The position numbers and the translations under genes are program-made. Source: the human T2T-CHM13v2.0 reference genome, Homo sapiens. From it: 64,000 bases of DNA. The stretch lies in the NCBI RefSeq assembly GCF_009914755.1, contig NC_060926.1, one strand, 5' to 3'. Of the stretch, positions 57,388 through 64,000 are shown one piece after another. Numbering within the stretch: position 1 is the stretch's first letter; each line of letters begins with the position of its first letter. The notes beneath the pieces were generated by a model. The model was not told the origin of the DNA and did not search any database. It saw nothing but the letters and a program-made list of their open reading frames with translations.

Positions 57388-57461
57388 GCATGAGCTCAGG
57401 AGTTTGAGTCCAGCAGGGCAAAATAGTTAGACCCGTTTCTAAAAAAAGAAAAGAAAAAAAA
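57388..57461 (+). mobile_element. Alu/FLAM 3' fragment with A tail
   Basis: 'tgagctcaggagtttgagtccagcagggcaaaatagttagacccgtttctaaaaaaagaaaagaaaaaaaa'. Confidence 0.75.
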
Positions 57462-60405
57462 GGTAGGCACTAAATTTAGATAAACAGACATAATAGAGCA
57501 GTCAGACTGTATGGAATTAGAGCAATAAGAATTACGAAAAAGTATAAATGGAGAATTAGAGGTGCCTTAGTCATAGTGGTTAAGGGTTATCACCTATTTC
57601 TTGGTGAGAAGAAACTGAAGAAGCTGAAGCCTCCTCTGAATATCCTTTATAGTTCATTGGATATATTAACAATATGTATTTTTATTACTGATTGAATTTA
57701 CTCATTAATACCATTTTGTTATTATTATAATTCTATTCTTTAAAAAACCATATGATAATTACAATAAATAGATACCTGTTCAAGTAGACTCCACCCAGTT
57801 TGGGGAGTTTATATCCTAACATCCAAATTGGTGAAACTAAGTAATCAGCATGTGGTTTACTTTTTTTCGGGAGTGCTAGGTTCACATTTTATGAGATATG
57901 CTAACCCCATACTCACTTTGATGGCAGAATAAAATCAATGTTCATTATTTTTTTCATACAAAGAATCTTTTTACTGAACGGCTCACATTTATCCTCCAGG
58001 CAGTGTTATAGATACTGAAAATTCAGGGTAAACTTACAACCCTTACAGTTTAAGGAAGGTGCTGGTAGCATTCTCTGATTTTGCTCTAATAACTGCCCTA
58101 ATATATCTATACTTATTCCTCATGGTTATTATTATTATTTTACCTTTTATTTTATTTACTTCAGCGATATGCTTTCTAAGTACTTAAGTATTAGGTCAAA
58201 CACAACAGTTATTCTTGACTCATTGTCCAAATTTTCATATTTTTTGTATTCACAGTATATTGATATAGCAGTATTGAATTGATATACATCAGTATACATG
58301 TTACAATTTTATCAATTATATATTGAAATTACTAACATTTCTTGTATTTATATTGATATTAAGGATTTACCTAGAAATGGTATTTCCATACATTAGCAGC
58401 TGATTGTAAAGTAGTGGTCATTTGGGCAAATATTTTCATTTTTTGAAAATTTATTCCAAATTTTGAAGTTGAAATGTATATACATGTCATATTTTAATGA
58501 TTAAATAAATAATTCAAGGGTAAATACATACACTTACATTGTCTTTTTGATGTTCCAAGTTTGTATGCTACATTCCTGTTTCTCTACTGCATAGTGAAAG
58601 CAAATCAGATGTATGAGTATTCTTGTTATTTGACTGTGTGCTGTGACTGTTTGGTAATTTGGGGAAAATAGGTTGTTTCTCAAGGTAGGTTTTTCTTATC
58701 TGCATGCTCCAGGCATCCCAATAGTTAATATTTAACAACTTATATTGGTTGAATTCCTTCTTCCCTTTGATAGCTCAACTGAAGCTTGATGTTTATGGTG
58801 GAAATTGTCTTGATTCCTTTAGATGATATGAGCATCCAAGGAGTTTGAAAATGTGTTTTAATTAAGATTCTGCTAAATTTTACCAGACACCTACTTGGAA
58901 AACAAGGCAACTGAATAATTAACTCTGATGAGAGCAGATGCTGGTCTAATGACAACCTGTTACTGCTCAAGTGCATCATTAGTTGTTTTACTGTGCTCCT
59001 TTAATATGTCCAGAGCTCTCCTCTGTTAATGAATACATCGGTAGCTGGGTACTTAAAATAGTTCCTCATTCTGGACTGTTGTAAAAGATATTTCTAGCGT
59101 CTGCAAAATTCTTCATTTAAATAATTTGGTCCCCGTTCATCAACCCCCTCCCTTCATCTATTTGGCATGTGCTTGGAACCAAGCACTTCTTTAGTTTTCC
59201 TTGTGGGATTATTTTAGCCATACATCAAGGGAAGCTTACAAATTGATGAGAATCTAATGATGCATTTATTTACAGATGTGCATTTCATTTCCCTGGTATG
59301 TTGTTGAGGGGTAGGAAGAGTCGAAAGACTCCCCCTCCCTAACTCACCCCGCCAGTGTTATGGGAATAGCCATGCATTTGACAAAATAAGAAATAGAAAT
59401 AACCTCATATTTGATTTTATGTATAGTTGTCAAACATGAATTGGTACACATTCTCTTTAAGTGCATGGTTGATCTTTCAGAATAGCAATGTAGGAAATTA
59501 TTTCTCTTCAATGATGCAATAACCCTATGCTGTAGTTTTTTTTTTTTTTACTATTGTATGCATTGTTTTTATATAAAATCATAGGTTTACAGTTTAAACC
59601 TTAGGCACAGCACAAAACTACCTGACAAACAACATAGGTTTTAAAACTGATGCAAAATAAGGGAATGTAGAATCCAATTTAGATTCCATGTTCAGAGTCA
59701 CAACACACATATTACATCTTGAAAAGTTTAAATATTTTTATGGAAATTCATTAACAAATGAAAGATGAATATGAAGAGTATACTTTAGATTACTTCAAAT
59801 AATATTCTAATCAAACCAAAGGCAATGGGTACAGAATATCCATGAAGGGGAAAGACAATAATTTTTACATGCTATGCTTCATAACATTCTGTATACTATA
59901 CATACTTTAAATTTGTAAGGCAATTCCTCTGGAGTTGGTCACATACTATGCAGGTCAATCAAGAGTACATCACAGGACCTTTGGACTTTCTCCTCGTCCT
60001 CATTTCTACTTCCAATACCCAACCACTGTCATATAATAGAAGTTAATTTTAGTGTTCTTAAAATATTTTCTAACAAGAAAAAAGCTATACCTCAAAGTGG
60101 TTAAAATACTGTACTTTATCAAGTCATACATAAAATATGGTTATCTTACTGTGGTAACTAAGTTTTCAAAATATTTCTTTCCTTTTTTATTGTGGAGGGT
60201 AGGGGGAAGTGGAACATGTTAAGAATTCGTTTTATGAAACGTGTTTCAGAATGGCTTTACCAAGTCACGATAAACAACTCCCTTTTATTCATTAAAAATT
60301 CTGGTTGATAGCCAAAAACATCTTAATGTAGATGGCATAGAGAAAGCCTATTTCTGTTTTTGCCTTTGATCTATCTCAAAGCTGTGTTTGAAGTCTGACA
60401 TTAAA

Positions 60406-62635
60406 TTCCTAGGTATTTCATTATTTTTGTGGCTATTGTGAATGAGATTGTGTTTTGATTTGGCTCTCAGTTTGGATTTTGGTGTACAAAAATGCTATTG
60501 ATTTTTGCACATTGATTTTGTATCTTAAAACTTTGCTGAAGTTGTTTATCTGATCTAGGAGCTTTCGGATAGACTATGGGGTTTTCTAGGTATAGAATCA
60601 TACAGTCTGAAAACAGAGATAGTTTGACTTCTTCTCTTCCTATTTGGATGCTTTTTTATTTCTTTCTACTGACTGATTTATCTGGCTGGAACTTTCAGTA
60701 CTATGTCAAATAGGAGTGGTGAGAGTGGACATTCTTGTCTCATCCTGGTACTCAACGGGAATGCTTCCAGCTTTCGCCTGTTCAGTACGATGCTGGCTGT
60801 GGGTTTGTCATAGATGGCTCTTATTATTTTGAAGTATGTTCCTTCAATGCCTAGTTTGTTGGAAGTTTTTAACATGAAGTCATGTTGAATTTTGCTGAAA
60901 GCTTTTTCTGCATCTATTGAGATGATCATGTGGTTTTTGTAGGTGAAAAAAATCTCTGCAATAAGCAGTACAAAACACTGCTCAAAGAAATTAGAGATGA
61001 CAGAAACAAATGGAAAAACATACTATGCTTATGGTTAGGAAGATGCAATATTAATGACCATGTTACACAAAGCAATTTACAGACTCAATGATTTTTAATC
61101 AAATCACCAATGATGCTCTTCACAGTATTAGAAAAAACTATTTTAAAATTCATATGGGACCAAAAAAGAGCCTGAATAGCCAAGTCAATTCTTAGCAAAA
61201 AACAAAGCTGGAGGTATCATGTTACTCAACTTCAAACTATACTACAATGCTGCAGTAACCAAAACAGCACAGTACTAGTACAAAAACAGACACAGACCAA
61301 TGGAACACAATAGAGAACCCAGAAATAAAGCTGCACACCTACAACCATCTGATCTTCAACAAAGATAACAAAAACAAGCAATGGGGAAAAGATTTTCTAT
61401 TTAATAAGTGGCGCTGAGATAACTGACTAGCCATATGCAGAAGTTTAAAACTGGACCCCTTCCTCGTACCATGTACAAAAATCAATTCCAGATGTATAAA
61501 AAACTTACATGTAAAACCTAAAACAATAAAAACTCTACATGATAGCCTAGGAAATACCATTCTTGATGTAGTCCCTGATGAAGATTCCATGATGAAGACA
61601 CCAAAAGCAGTTGCAATAAAAACAAAAATTGACAAATGGGACCTAACTAAACTGAAGAGCTTCTGCACAGCAAAAGAAACTACCAACAGAGTAAACAGAC
61701 AACCTACAGAAAAAAAGAAAATATTTGCAAACTATGCATCTAACAAAGGTCTAATATTCAGAGTCTATAAGAAACTTAAATTAACAAGCAAAAAACAACC
61801 TCATCAGAAAGTGAGCAAAGGACATGAACAGACACTTTTCAAAAGAAGACACACATGCAGCCAAAAAGCATATGAAAAAAAAGTTCATTATAACAAATTG
61901 TTAAATAAATGCATATCAAAACCTCAGTTAGATACTGTCTCATACCAGTCAGAATGGCTACTATTAAAAGGTAAAAAAAAAAACAACAACCAGATACTGG
62001 CAAGGTTGCAGAGAAAATAAAATGCTCATACGCTGCTGGTGGGAATGTAAATTAATTCATTGTGTAAAGCAGTATTGCAGTTTCTCAGATAACTTAATAT
62101 TTGACCCAGCAATTTATTATTGGGTATATACCTAAAGTAATATAAATTGTTTTACCATAAAGACATATGCATGTGTATGTTCATTGCAGCACTATTCACG
62201 ATAGCAAAGACGTGGAATTCAACCTAAATGCTCGATAGGCTGGACAAAGAAAATGTGGTATATATACACTATGGAATACTACACAGCCACAGAAAGAGTC
62301 ACATCGTGTTCTTTGCAGCAACATGGTTGGAGCTGGAGGCCATTATCCTATGTGAATTCATGCAGGAACAGAAAACCAAATACTGTATGTTCTTACTTAT
62401 AAGTAGGAGCTAACCTTGGGAACAAATGGACACCAGGAAGGAAACAACAGACACTGGGGCCCACTTGAGGGTGGAGGGTGGGAGAAGGGAGAGATCAGAA
62501 AACTACATATCAGGTATTATGCTTATCAGCTCGCTGATGAAATAATCTGTAGACCAAACCCCCTTGACACACAACTTACCTATATAACAAACCTGCACAT
62601 CTATCCCTGAACCTAAAATAAAATATCAAAAAAAA
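60406..62635 (+). mobile_element. L1PA13-15-type element with 5' inversion (60406-60939 antisense, 60940-62635 sense)
   Basis: Minus ORF 60678-60929 '[11 protein letters not shown]...' and plus ORF2 C-terminal fragments. 3' UTR 'tgatgaaataatctgtagaccaaacccc'. Degenerate 15-bp TSD at 60391-60405 and 62636-62650 (12/15). Confidence 0.92.
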
Positions 62636-63454
62636 AAATCTGATATGAAAGTGGTCTTGCAGAAGTTGTACTTCCTTCCTGTGAAACAATACTCACTTCA
62701 CTTCTAGAGCTAAAAATGGTATGGAAAAGAGACATGCTATTCACTTATTCTGCCAGCAGAGAAGAAATATGATGTGTTGCACATTCCAATTTCACCCTTT
62801 CAAACGTGGGGTTCCATTGTCAATTTTTTTCTAATAGATTTCTAATAGGCACATAGACTATGCACAGTATTTATAGCTTTGTACAAGTAATCAGGGATTC
62901 CTAGAATGCTATGGAACTGGTAATAATTCCTGATCCTCAAAGAAAGGATGTGCCATAGAGGAAAAGCATAAGACATTAAAGGAATTACTTTGTAGATTTA
63001 AAAGAAGCATAGCACAGAATGTTGTGACATACAGCACACATGAGTCTCTGTCCTCCTCATTCACACATATTTCACTGCCCCATGCCCTTGGTTTGATTAG
63101 AACATTATTTAGGGTAATCTAATATACCCTTCTTATATTCACCTTTCATTCATTAATGAATGAGTCAATGTGAGTTTCTGTATCTGTCCTTGAATTCAGT
63201 ATTCAACTCCACTATTCTTTTGGAACTGTGTTGCTTTTCCTCCTACCCTCACCCTCTTTACACACTGGGGAACTGAGGTTCTCAGCAACAGAATGCAGTT
63301 GTAGCTCATCAAAGCAGCAGCTTTCTCACTGTCTGGATTCTAACAGGCTGAAAAATCTGAGGAGGTTTCCCTGCTCTGCTCAGAGCTTTCTTTGCACAAT
63401 GATGTCTTCTGCAGAGAAAACTCAAGAAACATACTCTCCTGAACATGAAGGAGA

Positions 63455-63595
63455 GCGCGAAAGAGTGTGGGATTTGGAGTCACAAAGACTTGTGTTTGGA
63501 TCTTAACCCTGTGATCTTGCCCACGCTATGTAATCTCTCTGAGCCTCACTCTCCCTATATATACATTAAAGCATTAATCCTACCTGATATTGGGA
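63455..63595 (+). mobile_element. MIR SINE fragment
   Basis: 'gaaagagtgtgggatttggagtcacaaagacttgtgtttg...aatctctctgagcctca...taatcctacct'. Confidence 0.65.
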
Positions 63596-64000
63596 ACATA
63601 ATGGTCTGTGTGCAGATGTTCTGACTTCTCTCTGGCAGAGGCCTTCACACGAAGACACTTAGGCATTTTTTAATTTACCAACTTTTCACAAAATGAGTGT
63701 CGTGTCTACTGTCACAAATACATGACCTATGTTCTATTTTACATGGCTTAGTTTATGCTCTATTTTGTTTCAGAAAGTTTTCACTCTTCCCACTGTTGGG
63801 ACATAGGGAGATTATATAAAAAATCAAAGCAAAAACCTTTCAGTATTCAGGCAATTCTACATATTTTGGAGGTAGTGAAGAGACATTGTGATCACATGAA
63901 AAGCACCAAGCACAAAGCAGGTGCCTATGAACATACTTCACCCACCAGCCTTGCCACATGGTGCTATGAGAACGTCTGATCCTAGGACATGTAGACAGTG

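Overview
This is AT-rich, CpG-poor primate DNA, most likely human because one young Alu carries AluYa-lineage diagnostics. It is intronic or intergenic. I find no supportable host protein-coding gene, RNA gene, CpG island or CRISPR array. Roughly half or more of the window is interspersed repeat: eight near-full-length Alus plus monomers/fragments, several L1PA/L1PB/L1MA insertions, long decayed L1M tracts, MaLR/ERV LTRs, L2, L3/CR1, MIR and one probable hAT MITE. The only ORFs in the track that resemble known proteins are broken L1 ORF2 pieces; the rest are Alu read-throughs or chance ORFs. I see no evidence of a new multi-gene system. The most interesting signals are small-scale genome-evolution events: (1) an ~180-bp local duplication whose intact copy preserves the empty site of a later L1PA insertion; (2) an 81-bp TSD-flanked retrocopy of a non-Alu, non-L1 (probably LTR-derived) RNA 3' end; (3) an AluYa-lineage element nested in the linker of an AluSc; (4) an isolated 23-bp-arm hairpin; (5) a twin-primed 5'-inverted L1; (6) a TSD-less ~100-bp L1PA tip. 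Subfamily names come from my recall of consensus sequences, not from a database search, and boundaries of old repeats are approximate.
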